A stretch of 63,455 bases of DNA, the filler included, from Reclinomonas americana ATCC 50394 (taxonomy: Eukaryota): NCBI GenBank assembly GCA_048213135.1. It is 10 parts of 10 records of this genome, joined end to end, with 100 filler letters (N's around TTAATTAATTAA, not from the genome) between each part and the next. Parts side by side here need not be neighbours in the genome. Positions count along the whole stretch, not along the records: positions 47,003 to 51,732 come from AFZH01020260.1; positions 51,833 to 63,455 come from AFZH01020262.1; 8 more parts are not named here. One strand, written 5' to 3'. The notes below the pieces were generated by a model. The model searched no databases. It was not told where the DNA came from and saw only the letters and a program-made list of their open reading frames with translations. Positions 50,475 through 61,613 of this stretch are shown one piece after another (positions within the stretch are counted from its first letter, which is position 1; every line of letters begins with the position of its first letter). A program made the translations under genes and the position numbers.

Positions 50475-51560
50475 ATGTCATTCGCTCCTCTCTTCTTATG
50501 TAAACTCGTGCTTGAAGGGCCCTCAGAGGTCTCATGTGTCGCCTGCGCTCCCAATTGTCAACACATTGTGAGTTCGAATGCTTACGAGACACTGCGTGTG
50601 TGGTCTCTGGCAAGTGGTGAGGAGGTGCGCCGGTTAGAGGGCCACACTGGTGTGGTGCTCACCGTCGCCGTGACTCCCGACGGGCAACATGTTTTGAGTG
50701 GTGGTGAAGACTGCACCGTGCGAGTGTGGTCCTTCGCGAGTGGCGAGGAAGTGCGACGGTTGGAGGGACACACTGCTGTGGTGTACTCGGTTGCCATCAC
50801 TCCCGACTGCGAGCACGTGATCAGTGGGAGTTATGACAAGACGGTGCGGGTGTGGTCACTTGCGAGTGGGAAGCAAGTGCGACGGCTGGAGGGACACACT
50901 GACTGGGTATGGTCCGTCGCTGTCACTCCTGATGGCCAGCACGTTGTGAGTGGGAGCTGGGACAGAACTGTCAGAGTGTGGTCTCTGGCGAGTGGGGAAG
51001 AAGTGCGACGACTGGAGGGACATGCTAAAAGGGTAGTCGCTGTCGCCGTCACTCCTGACGGGCTGCACGTGGTGAGTGGCAGCGAGGACAAGACAGTGCG
51101 AGTGTGGTCATTGGCAACTGGCGAGGAGGTACAAGTTTTGGAGGGCCACTCGGACGCAGTGTATTTTGTCGCCGTCACTCCCGACAGCCAGCACATTGTG
51201 AGCGGGGGTGGCGACAACACGGTGCGAGTGTGGTCCGCGGCGAGTGGCGAGGAGGTGCAGCGTTTGGAAGGACACACGAGCGGTGTGTTGACTGTCGCCG
51301 TCACTCCCGATGGACAGCACATAGTGAGTGGGAGTGAGGACGACACAGTGCGCGTGTGGTCCACGCCTTGCGGTCTGGCGCGGATCGAGCTCAACAAGGC
51401 GCGCTCGGCGATGCAAGCGGTGCAGGAGATGCAGCACCGGGAGGGTGACGAGGAGCCTGATTCGCGCTGCTTGCCGGAGATTGTGTTGCGCTGCTTCGTT
51501 GTGGAGGAGGCCGCGGTTGTGGTGCATCGATGCCTCACCGACCCTCAGCTGCACCTCTGA
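50475..51560 (+). CDS. WD40 array gene 4, 361 aa, long tail
   Basis: Single ORF with 7 WD40 repeats, the first degenerate. Confidence 0.9.
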   Translation: MSFAPLFLCKLVLEGPSEVSCVACAPNCQHIVSSNAYETLRVWSLASGEEVRRLEGHTGVVLTVAVTPDGQHVLSGGEDCTVRVWSFASGEEVRRLEGHTAVVYSVAITPDCEHVISGSYDKTVRVWSLASGKQVRRLEGHTDWVWSVAVTPDGQHVVSGSWDRTVRVWSLASGEEVRRLEGHAKRVVAVAVTPDGLHVVSGSEDKTVRVWSLATGEEVQVLEGHSDAVYFVAVTPDSQHIVSGGGDNTVRVWSAASGEEVQRLEGHTSGVLTVAVTPDGQHIVSGSEDDTVRVWSTPCGLARIELNKARSAMQAVQEMQHREGDEEPDSRCLPEIVLRCFVVEEAAVVVHRCLTDPQLHL

Positions 51561-51832
51561 CTGGATAGCCTACAAGTGGGCTTGTAGGCTCGGCAATGCT
51601 CTGGAGCGCTCTTTCGAACTGCTTGCCGTCACTTGCACCAGCTTGTCCATGTCGCAACCCGGCCGCTTTCATACGTGTCGTCCAGCGTCTCCACTCCGTG
51701 TTTCTCGTTCTCTGCACGATCCTTGTGGCTTTNNNNNNNNNNNNNNNNNNNNNNNNNNNNNNNNNNNNNNNNNNNNTTAATTAATTAANNNNNNNNNNNN
51801 NNNNNNNNNNNNNNNNNNNNNNNNNNNNNNNN

Positions 51833-52335
51833 CCATCGCCGTCACTCCCGACGGGCTGCACGTGGTGAGCGGCAGTGCCGACATGACAGTGCGTCTGTGG
51901 CTGTTGGCGAGTGGCGAGGAGGTGCGGCGGTTGGAGGGACACACCGGATGGGTGTATTGTGTCGCCGTCACTCCCGACGGCAAGCACATTGTGAGTGGCG
52001 GCGATGACGACACCGTGCGAGTGTGGTCACTCGCGACGGGCGACAAGGTGGACCGACTGGAGGGGCACAATGTGCTGGTGTCGTCTGTCGTCGTCAGTCC
52101 CGACGGCAAGCACATTGTGAGCGGCAGTCTTGACGAGACCATGCGAGTGTGGTCCACACCTGGAAGCATTGCTTGGAGTGAGCTCGACGGGGCGCGCTCG
52201 GCGATGCAAGCGGTGCAGCAGATGCAGATGGGGGAGGGTGAGGAACGGTGCTTGCCGGAGACGGTGCTGCGGTGCTTCATGGTGGAGGAGGCCGAGGTGA
52301 TTGTGAATCGGTGCCACTCTGTGCTGCACGTGTGA
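51833..52335 (+). CDS. WD40 array gene 5 (5' part in gap), short tail
   Basis: Last ~3 repeats plus a divergent tail ending CHSVLHV. Confidence 0.85.
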
Positions 52336-52592
52336 GGCGTTGGGGGTGAGAACGTGTCAAACGGCATGGTGCTTGTTTGGCAACTCGCCTCCTCGTCTTC
52401 CCGTTAGTTGGCCTCTTTTCATTCATTTCCTTATCCTCCTTTGTAATGTACTTTGTTTCCATCCGTCCCCGGTGCAAACAAAGAAGCCTCTTCTCGCCCT
52501 TCGGAAGTCTACAAAATGATCGTCGTCCCACCAGTTTGCACACAAACACACGCTCGCACGCACTCCCTCTTCCAGTTCTATCTCCTCTCTCC

Positions 52593-53681
52593 ATGTCAGT
52601 GGCTCCTCTCTTCCTCTGCAAACACGTGCTTGAAGGGAACGACACCGAGGTGTTATCCGTCGCCGTCGCTCCTGACGGTCAACACATCGTGAGTGGAGGT
52701 GGTGACACGCCAGTGTATATGTGGTCTCTGGCAAGTGGTGAGGAAGTGCGGCAGTTGGAAGGACATAGTGGTGTGGTGTTCTCCGTTGCCGTGACTCCCA
52801 ACGGGCAACACGTGGTGAGCGGCGGTGATGATGACACCGTGCGAGTGTGGTCCCTCGCGAGTGGCGAGCAAGTGCGACTGCTGGAGGGACACGCAGGTTG
52901 GGTGCAATCTGTTGCCATCACACTCGACGGTGAGCGCGTTGTGAGTGGGAGCTGGGACCGGACTGTGCGCTTGTGGTCTGTGACGCAAGGCGAGGAAACG
53001 GAACGGTTGGAGGGACACACTCAAGCAGTGCATTCCGTCGCCGTCACTCCCGACGGGCTTCATGTTGTCAGTGGGAGCTGGGACAAGACAGTACGCGTGT
53101 GGTCACTGGCAAGTGGTGAAGAAGTTCGACGGCTGAAGGGACACACTGAGGGAGTAACCTCAGTCGCCATCACTCCCGACGGGCTGCGCGTGGTGAGCAG
53201 CAGTGTTGATTGCACTGTGCGTGTGTGGTTGTTGGCAACTGGCGAGGAGGTGTGCCGATTAGAAGGACACACTGGAGGGGTGAACTGTGTCACCATCACT
53301 CCCGATGGCGAGCACATTGTGAGCGGGGGCAGTGACTGCACCGTGCGAGTGTGGTCCCTGGCGAGTGGTGAGGAAGTGCAGCGTTTGGAAGGACACACTG
53401 AATCGGTGTGGTCAATCGCCGTCACCTCCGATGGACAGCACATTATGAGCGGGAGTGGGGACTGCACCGTGCGCGTGTGGTCCACGCCTTGCGGTCTGGC
53501 TCGAGTCGAGCTCACCGGGGCACGCTCCGCGGTGCTAGCGGTGCGGGAGATGCAGCACCGGGAGGGTGACGAGGAGCCTGATTCACGCTGCTTGCCGGAG
53601 ATGGTGCTGCGGTGTTTCATTGTGGAGGAGGCCGCGGTTGTGGTGCACCGATGCCTCGCCGACCCGCGGATGCACCTCTAA
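52593..53681 (+). CDS. WD40 array gene 6, 362 aa, long tail
   Basis: MSVAPLFLCKHVLEG start; 7 repeats; TAA. Confidence 0.9.
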   Translation: MSVAPLFLCKHVLEGNDTEVLSVAVAPDGQHIVSGGGDTPVYMWSLASGEEVRQLEGHSGVVFSVAVTPNGQHVVSGGDDDTVRVWSLASGEQVRLLEGHAGWVQSVAITLDGERVVSGSWDRTVRLWSVTQGEETERLEGHTQAVHSVAVTPDGLHVVSGSWDKTVRVWSLASGEEVRRLKGHTEGVTSVAITPDGLRVVSSSVDCTVRVWLLATGEEVCRLEGHTGGVNCVTITPDGEHIVSGGSDCTVRVWSLASGEEVQRLEGHTESVWSIAVTSDGQHIMSGSGDCTVRVWSTPCGLARVELTGARSAVLAVREMQHREGDEEPDSRCLPEMVLRCFIVEEAAVVVHRCLADPRMHL

Positions 53682-54178
53682 TTGGGAGTGAGCACGAGAG
53701 AAAAGGGCATGCATATGTGCAGTCGACATGGAGGCAGTGCTCTGGAGCAATCTCCCTGGCCGCGCATGCTTGCTTCTAGCAGCCTGCGCCGTCATCATTT
53801 GCACCAGGATTGCAACTTGGCATCCTTCGTCCAACACCTCCACTCCGTGTTTTGCCTTGTCCCTCACTGTCTCTGGTGCCAGCGTTCCCTCTCACTCAAC
53901 TTTCCGCAAAATCAATCTCTCGAGCTCTTTGACTTGCATTGCTCCTTCCATCCTCGTTTGCAGTGTACTTTTGTTTCTGGTACTCCATCCCAAAGTCGTG
54001 TTGATCGAGAGGCAAGGAGTGTTTTTCTTGCTTTGCACGCCGTGTCTGTGGAAGTCTTGCGAACTTCGAAGTGATCATCGTCCCGGCACATTGAGCACTC
54101 ATAACATTGTTACGCGCACACACTTCTTCCCCTTTCCCCTTCTCTCTCGCTCTCCTCTCCCCCTTCTCTCTCCCTCCC

Positions 54179-55255
54179 ATGTCAGTCGCCCCCCTCTTCC
54201 TCTGCACACGCGTGCTTGAGGATCACACAGGTTGGGTGCAGTGTGTTGCCGTCACCCGCGACGGTCAGCACATTGTCAGTGGAGACTATGTCGGGATGGT
54301 GCGTGTGTGGTCTCTGGCGAGTGGTGAGGAGGTGCGCCGGTTGGAGGCTCACACTGGCATGGTGCTCGACATCACTGTAACTGCCGACGGGCAGCACATT
54401 GTCAGTGGCGGAGATGATAACACCGTGCGAGTGTGGTCCCTCACGAGTGGCGAGCAAGTGCGACTGCTGGAGGGACACGACGGTGAAGTGTTCGCTGTCG
54501 CTGTCACTCCCGATGGTCAGCACGTTGTCAGTGGCAGTTGGGACCAGACAGTGCGTGTGTGGTCGCTGGCCAGTGGCGACGAAGAGCAACGGTTGGAGGG
54601 ACACACGGAGCAGGTGTATTCCGTCGCCGTCACACCCAACGGTAAGCACGTTGTGAGTGGGAGCTGGGATGGAACAGTGCGCGTGTGGCTGTTGGCGAGC
54701 GGTGAGGAGGTACGACGGCTGGAGGGACACACTGATGGGGTGTATTGTGTGGCCGTCACTCCCGATGGTCAGCACATTGTGAGCGGTAGTGCGGATTTTA
54801 CTTTGCGGGTGTCGGTGCTGGCGACTGGCGAAGAGGTGCGGCGGTTGGAGGGACACAGTGGATGCGTGCTCTCGGTCGCCGTCACTCCCGACGGTGAGCG
54901 CCTAGTGAGCGGAGGTGGTGACAACACAGTGTGCGTGTGGTCTCTCGCCACGGGTGATGCGGTGGACCGGCTGGTGGGACATGCGGATGCGGTGGCGTCT
55001 GTCGTCATCACCTCCGACGGGCAACACATTGTGAGCGGCAGTCTTGACGAGACCGTGCGTGTGTGGTCCATGCCTTATTGCTTCGCTCGGCAAGAGCTCG
55101 ACAAGGCGCGCTCGGCGATGCAAGCGGTGCAGGAGATGCAGACGGGGGAGAGTGAGGAACGGTGCTTGCCGGAGATGGTGCTGCGCTGCTTCATGGTGGA
55201 GGAGGCCGAGGTGCTTGTACATCGATGTCTCACCGACCCGCGGATGCACCTCTGA
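54179..55255 (+). CDS. WD40 array gene 7, 358 aa, short tail
   Basis: MSVAPLFLCTRVLED start; 7 repeats. Confidence 0.9.
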   Translation: MSVAPLFLCTRVLEDHTGWVQCVAVTRDGQHIVSGDYVGMVRVWSLASGEEVRRLEAHTGMVLDITVTADGQHIVSGGDDNTVRVWSLTSGEQVRLLEGHDGEVFAVAVTPDGQHVVSGSWDQTVRVWSLASGDEEQRLEGHTEQVYSVAVTPNGKHVVSGSWDGTVRVWLLASGEEVRRLEGHTDGVYCVAVTPDGQHIVSGSADFTLRVSVLATGEEVRRLEGHSGCVLSVAVTPDGERLVSGGGDNTVCVWSLATGDAVDRLVGHADAVASVVITSDGQHIVSGSLDETVRVWSMPYCFARQELDKARSAMQAVQEMQTGESEERCLPEMVLRCFMVEEAEVLVHRCLTDPRMHL

Positions 55256-55604
55256 TTGGATAGCAAAGGGCTTGTGGGCTCGACAATGCTCTGGAGCACT
55301 CTTTCGAACTGCTTGCCGTCACTTGCACCAGCTTGTCCATGCCGCAACCCGGCTGCCTTCCGCTGTCCAGCATCTGTACTCAATTTTTCTCGTTAAACTT
55401 CTCTGCACAGTCCTTGCTTGTGACTTTCACCTTTATCTTTCTTCGTTCCTCGCTTGTAAAGTACATTTGTTCAGTTGTGCCGAATGAAGAAGAAGTCTCT
55501 TGTCGCCCCGCAGAAGTCTTGCGAACTTCAAAGTGATCGTCGTCCCGGCACATTTCTCACACCGACGTCGACACACGCACGCACTCCCCCTCCCCCCCTC
55601 CCCC

Positions 55605-56693
55605 ATGTCTTTCGCTCCTTTCTTCCACTGTGCACACGTGCTGGAAGGGCACGCTGACGAAGTGCGTGCTGTCGCCATCACTCCAGATGGCCACCACATC
55701 ATAACTGGGAGCAGTGACTCTTCAGTACGCATGTGGTCGCTGGCGAGTGGTAAGGAGATGCGACGAATGGAGGGCCACTCGAGGTGGGTGCTCACCGTCG
55801 CCGTGACTCCCGATGGGAAACATGTTTTGAGTGGCGGTTTTGACGCAACCGTGCGTGTGTGGTCGCTGGCGAGTGGCGAGCAAGTGCGACTGCTGGAGGG
55901 ACCCATAGGTTTGGTGTGCTCTATCGCCGTCACTCCCGATGGCCAGCACGTGATCAGTGGGAGTTATGACAAGACGGTGCGAATGTTGTCACTTGCGAGT
56001 GGGAAGAAACTGCGAAAGTTTGAGGGGCACACTGACTGGGTGTGGACGGTCGCTGTCACTCCTGACGGTCGATATGTTGTCAGTGGTAGTTATGACAAGA
56101 CGGTGCGTGTGTGGTCTCTGGCAAGTGGAAAACTTGTGCGACGGCTGGAGGGACATGCAAAGGCGGTAAAGTCTGTCGCCATCACTCCCGATGGGCTGCG
56201 CGTGGTGAGCGGCAGCGAAGACATGTCTGTGCGAGTGTGGTTGTTGGCAACTGGTGAGGAGGTGCGGCGGTTTGAGGAACACACTGGATGGGTGAACTGT
56301 GTCGCTATCACACCCGATGGCGAGCACGTTGTGAGCCGGGGTGAGGACCACGCCGTGCGCGTGTGGTCTTTGACGAGTGGCGAGGAGGTGCAGTGTTTAA
56401 AAGGGCACAATAGAACGGTGACCTCTGTTGCCGTCAGCCCGGATGGACAGCACATTGTGAGCGGGAGTGAGGACGGCACCGCGCGTGTGTGGTCCACAGC
56501 TTGCGGTCTGGCGCGGTTCGAGCTCGACAAGGCACGGTCGGCAATGCAAGCGGTACGGGAGATGCAGCACCGGGAGGGTGACGAGGAAGTGGATTCGCGT
56601 TGCTTGCCGGAGATGGTGCTGCGCTGTTTCATTGTGGAGGAGGCCGCTGTGGTGGTGCACCGGTGCCTCACTGACCCTCGACTGCACCTCTGA
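55605..56693 (+). CDS. WD40 array gene 8, 362 aa, long tail
   Basis: MSFAPFFHCAHVLEG start; 7 repeats. Confidence 0.9.
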   Translation: MSFAPFFHCAHVLEGHADEVRAVAITPDGHHIITGSSDSSVRMWSLASGKEMRRMEGHSRWVLTVAVTPDGKHVLSGGFDATVRVWSLASGEQVRLLEGPIGLVCSIAVTPDGQHVISGSYDKTVRMLSLASGKKLRKFEGHTDWVWTVAVTPDGRYVVSGSYDKTVRVWSLASGKLVRRLEGHAKAVKSVAITPDGLRVVSGSEDMSVRVWLLATGEEVRRFEEHTGWVNCVAITPDGEHVVSRGEDHAVRVWSLTSGEEVQCLKGHNRTVTSVAVSPDGQHIVSGSEDGTARVWSTACGLARFELDKARSAMQAVREMQHREGDEEVDSRCLPEMVLRCFIVEEAAVVVHRCLTDPRLHL

Positions 56694-56802
56694 TGCGAGG
56701 CGAAGTGCACATGGGCAGGGCGTGCGTCGTTGACGGCGAATGAACCTCACGCCCTTCATTCCTACGACAGTTGTTGTTCTGTCGCCTTCTGCTAGCCCCT
56801 CC

Positions 56803-59800
56803 TCACAACTCCTCCTTCCTCCCCTGCTGCTTGTTCTTCTTCGTCTTGTCCTTCTTCTTCTTGCTGCTCGAGACACGTCTATCGGACTCATCGAAAGCGC
56901 TGCTCTCGGTGTTGTTGTCCACAACGACTTCGGCCGGCGATGCCGGTGGCACCTCCTCCTCCACCACGTCCTCTTGCGGTAACACACCGGCATCGGTTCG
57001 CGGCCGCGGGATCTTTGCACGAGCGGCGTGAGCGCGCAGGAACTTGACGATGGACTTGATGCGCCGCTTGCCCTCGTACGTGTGCGGATAGGACTTTTTG
57101 TCGGCCGGATAAAACGCCAACATCGGCAGCACGTCCCAGTTGAGGTTGACAGTGGGCGGAACCTCGTTTTGCGACACGTCCATCTGTGCGATCACCAGGT
57201 GATCGATGTGTGCCATTTCCTGCGCCAGCTGCTGGTACAGGTCGCGGAACTTGGCGCACCGCGGATGCTCTGACAGGAATCGGTGAGCGCCCATCTTGTG
57301 ATGCAGTTCACGCATTGTTGTCACGCCCGCTCACCCGCCGCATGAAACATCAACAGCACATCCTTGCTGCTGTCCTGCACAATGTCGTGGAATGTATCGC
57401 CCACCACAATCTCCACATGTCCGTCGAACGGAGTGATTGGCACAGGCGCACTACGCAGCTTCACGCGCATTCGACCAGCGGCAAAGTCCTCCACAAACGA
57501 GCGAAAGGAGTCCGCCGTCAGCGGGGTGTCACCCTTTGGAAACACGAAATGCACGCCGTTCTGACAAAGGATCACACACATTTTGTCAACACGCGCCAGA
57601 GTGTAGAGGGAATAAATATAAAGAGTGCACACCCACCAGTGGATCATCGATGACGATGTTCGGCGTGCTACCGTCCATGCCAAATCGCTGCTGATGCTCG
57701 CCAAACTGGTTGTTGTCAAGGTACACAAAAGCGAGCTTCTTCGAGAACTGCCGCGCCACTGGCGACAGTTGCTCCACCAGCAACTTGACCGACGTCTCCT
57801 TTTCTGCAAGCATGCAGCCACGTGTGACTCGTACATCACTCTCTCGACCTCTCTCACTCTCTCAACGCGCCCTCACACCTTTGCCATCGACAAACATGTA
57901 GAGCATGGGCGCCTCACGACGCGCATAATCGGCGGCATTGGCGGCCGTCAGTTCGCCAAACGGCGGTGTGATCGCCATGTACACGAAGCGCATGAGGTCG
58001 TCCTTGTTGGTGGTGTTGCCGCCGTACACCAGCGGAGCACCGAGCTCAAAGTCGCGGAATGCCAACACTTCGGGCACCTTTTCCACATCGAAACTGGGGC
58101 GACAGCGAAAGTCAGGCACAAACAAACAAAAAAGAAAGCGAAGCATCACCGCAACTGGTGTGCCACATCACTGTCGGACACTGCGCCGAAGCGGTGCATG
58201 TCGCGGAACTCGGAGGCCACCACATCGAACGTGGCTCTGTCATCGTCGGGGCCGAAGAAGCCGATCAGAGAGACGCCCGGTTGTGCGAGGAACTCCTTGG
58301 CTTGTTTGATGGTCTCGAGCTCGGCGATGGGTGATTCGGATTGTCTGCGGGGAGGGGAAAGGGGAAATTAGGGAAAGGGGGGGGAATAGGGAAGGGGGAG
58401 ATAAGGAAAAGGAGGAGGGAGAAAATAAGTGAAGTGAGAAAGGGAGGGAGGGGTAGGAGAGAAGGGAGAGAGAGAGAGGGAGGGGAGGGAGAGAAGAGAG
58501 AGAAGGGAGAGGAGATGGAAGCAAAACAAGATGTAAGCCAAAACACAGAGAGGAAAAGAGAAAGACACAGAGTAAGTAAAAAACAGTGAAGTTGGCGGGT
58601 TGAGAATGGAGGAATGTAGTGGGGGAACGGATGAGGGGAACGAAAAATATAGGGAAAGGAGAGGTGGCAAGAGGCAGAAGAAGACATGAAGGAGAGGAAT
58701 TGAAAAAACGAGAGCGGGATAGAGATTTTCGAGGTAGAGAGAGAAACGGAGAGAGCGAGAGAGGGAAACAGAGTGTGGCTCAGTGCCTGGAAATAAACAT
58801 CGCGGCAACAATGAGATGGTGGGCAAATGAGAGAATGCGTGACGAGCAGTGAAAGAAAGTAATAGTGAGACAAAACATTCAGCAGCAATGCGGCGGATAT
58901 CTTGATGCAGATACGGACCGGAGAGAGAGAGAGACACGGGTTGAGGGAAAGAGGGGATATAGAGAGAGAGAGAGAGAGAGACAAGAGCCGGCGGTCGGTG
59001 TGGAACAAAGACAGATCTAATTGAGAGTACGAGAAACGCAACTCGTCCACAAACGCAATCAGTGCCTCGGCTGTGCGCGCTCCATTGTAGTCATACATGC
59101 GTCGGTTGCCGCGGAACAATTTCACGGTGGGGAATCCTTGCAGACGGAGTGCGTGTGCTGCATGCAGCAGTGAGACTCCAGCGCACACCCTCACACGCTT
59201 ACACACGGTCGACGCAACAAATCTGCTCGTACTTGCTGCCGTCGATCTTGGCCACCATCACTTTGCGATCGCGCTGCTCGGGTGCGCTAAAGTGCTGCGC
59301 CACCTTTTCGTACTCAGGCGCCATTTGCTTGGAGTATGTGCACCCTGTCGAGCTCGCGGCATGAGGGAGAAAAAAAGGAGAGCTGACGCGCACGCAAGCG
59401 AGGATGCTGACGCAACATGGGGCGTACACTTGGAGGAGAAGCAGGTCGTTCTCCTGCATCGCCAGCGCAATGTCCTTGGGTCGGAGGCGGCGGACGGTGG
59501 AGTCGTTGAAGCCGGTCTGTGGAAGGCGTGACAAGGGGGAAGAGGGAAGGGTGAGAGGGGAAGGGGGAAGGGGGAGAGGGGAAGGGAAGAGAGAAGGAGA
59601 AATAGAATAAGCAGGAGGAGGAGGAGGAGGAGGAGAAGAAGAAGAAGAAGAGGGAGGGAAACAATGAGGCAGAGGAGGACAAAGAGGGAGGAAATACGAG
59701 AAACGATGATGACAATGAAGATGACATCAATCTCAACGATGACAGAGGACAAGGCGCTGATAGAGGAGATGAAGAAGGAGAAGAACAAGAACAAGAAGAA

Positions 59801-59992
59801 GACGAAGAAACAGAAGGAGAAGGCAGAGAGAAAGGAAAGAGAAGGACAAGAGGAAGAGGAGGAGGAGGGGAGACGAAGAAGGGAGAGGGAACCACGGAGA
59901 AGGGGACAACAAGGCAGAGGAGAACGAAGAGGACACAAGATGACGATGGCATCAATCTGGATGCAAACAAAGATGGCAGAGAACAAGGTGCG

Positions 59993-60023
<31 letters not shown>

Positions 60024-60935
60024 AGGAGGAGGAGGAGGAGAAGAAGAAGGAGAAGAACAAGAAGAAGAAAGAAGAAAGAAGAAAACGAAGAAGAACAAGC
60101 AGAAGAAGAAGAAGGAGTAGGAGGAGGAGGCAGAGAACAATGCAGAGAGAAAGAGAAGGACAAGAGGAAGAGGAGGAAGGGGAGACGAAGAAGGGAGAGG
60201 GAACCACGGAGAAGGGGTACAACGAGGCAGAGGAGAACGAAGAGGAGGAAACGGATGCTGTGACGATGACATCAATCTGGATGCAAACAAAGATGGCAGA
60301 GAACAAGATGCGGAGAGAGAGGAGGAGGAGGAGGAGAAGAAGGAGAAGAAGACGAGAAGGAGAAGGAGGCAGAGAACAAGTCAGAGAGAAAGGAAGAGGA
60401 GGACAAGAGGAAGCGGAGGGGAAGAAGAAGAGGAAGAAGGGAGAGGGAAACAGTGAGGCACAACGAGGCAGGAGAACACAGGAGGAAACATAAAAAACGA
60501 TGATGATGATGACATCAATCTCGATGCAATCACAGATGACAGAGTACAAGGTGCGAAGAGAGACAGAGAGTGTGTGAGAGAGAGTAGGGGGGAGGAAGGG
60601 AGAGAGAGAGAGCAAAAAGAGAGACAACGCGTCACATGATAACAGACTTGCACACACACACTCACCTCCGGCAACAACACATCCTCCTCCTCCTCTTCCT
60701 CCTCTCCCTTCTCCCCGCCCTTCTCATCTCCGTCTTTCACACTGCGCGGTTGCACCAACTGCAAATCACCGTCGGCATCGGCCTCCATCGGCGCCGTCAT
60801 GAATGCCGCACGCATGGCTTCCACTTCTTCATCGGTGGGCTCATAGCTCTCCTCGCGAGAGTTGCGGCGAGCTGACACTGACAGTGATGCAATGAGAATG
60901 AAGAGGAGCAAGAGGAATGCGCGTCGCATTTGCAT
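56803..60935 (-). CDS. Protein disulfide isomerase family protein (a-b-b'-a'), signal peptide, KEEL end, non-canonical active sites; about 9 exons
   Basis: MQMRRAFLLLLFILIASLSVSA signal; VYAPWCTYSKQMAPEYEK, VAKIDG, GFPTVKLF, YNGARTAEALIAF, VEIVVGDTFHDIVQDSSKDVLLMFHA, VIAQMDVSQNE, ...RKEEL TGA. Confidence 0.9.
59680..60560. repeat. Four degenerate ~220-320-bp purine-rich units in PDI intron 1
   Basis: GATGRCATCAATCT...GATGRCAGAGxACAAG core near 59720, 59945, 60266 and 60508. Confidence 0.75.
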
Positions 60936-61076
60936 GCAAAAAAAACGAAAATGAAATGCACCGGTACCGCCGATCGACTGGAGCCTACAGTGGTGTGTTG
61001 CAGCACAAAGGTGCCTTGCGCTAAGGGGTACGCGTGTGGAAGGACACGATGTACAGTGCGAAATCAGGAGCCGTGT

Positions 61077-61244
61077 TCATGTATTGGTCCGGTTTCCGAT
61101 CGCGACAATTTCATGCTTTGCTTCCACTTCTTCATCGGTGGGCTCATCGCTTTCCTCGCGAGAGTTGCGGCGGGCCTCCGACACTGACAGTGATGCAAGG
61201 AGAATGATGAGGAGGAGGAGCAAGAGCAATGCTGTGCGTTGCAT
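61077..61244 (-). pseudogene. Partial tandem duplicate of PDI exon 1 (55-aa signal-peptide ORF)
   Basis: 60817-61116 and 61120-61412 are homologous; ORF MQRTALLLLLLLIILLASLSVSEARRNSREESDEPTDEEVEAKHEIVAIGNRTNT*. Confidence 0.7.
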
Positions 61245-61613
61245 TTGCACGCATCAAATTTAAAAACGAAAATGAAATGCACACTCGCTGGTCGATTGGA
61301 GTCAAACGGTGTGTGGTGTTGTTGCACTGATGGTGCCAGCGTGGAAGGACGCGATATACATCGCGCGTGGAAACAGGAGCCTTGTATTGATCCAGTTTGT
61401 TACAATTCTTGCAAATTCGACGTCGCTGAGTTGAATGAAATGCCGTGGCGCTGTGCCCGTTGCCTCCTGTTTCGGATCCCATTTCCCAATCAGCCACAGC
61501 TGCTCGCCCTTGTGCATGAACCGGATTCATTGATCGGAGTGGAGTGGTGGATTCTTGATTGGCCTTGATTGTGTGGCGTGCGTGCGTGCGTGTGCGTGAG
61601 TCAGGGGGAAAGC

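Noticed and set aside
47003..56693. Diversity-generating retroelement or transposon driving WD40 variation
   Set aside because: No reverse transcriptase, template repeat, transposase, TIR or LTR visible in the window.
59258..60657. Long Ser/Leu/Phe- or Arg/Glu-rich ORFs (also 30339-30808, 35783-36241, 40595-41800, 43435-44254)
   Set aside because: Translations of intronic simple repeats or antisense shadows of real exons.
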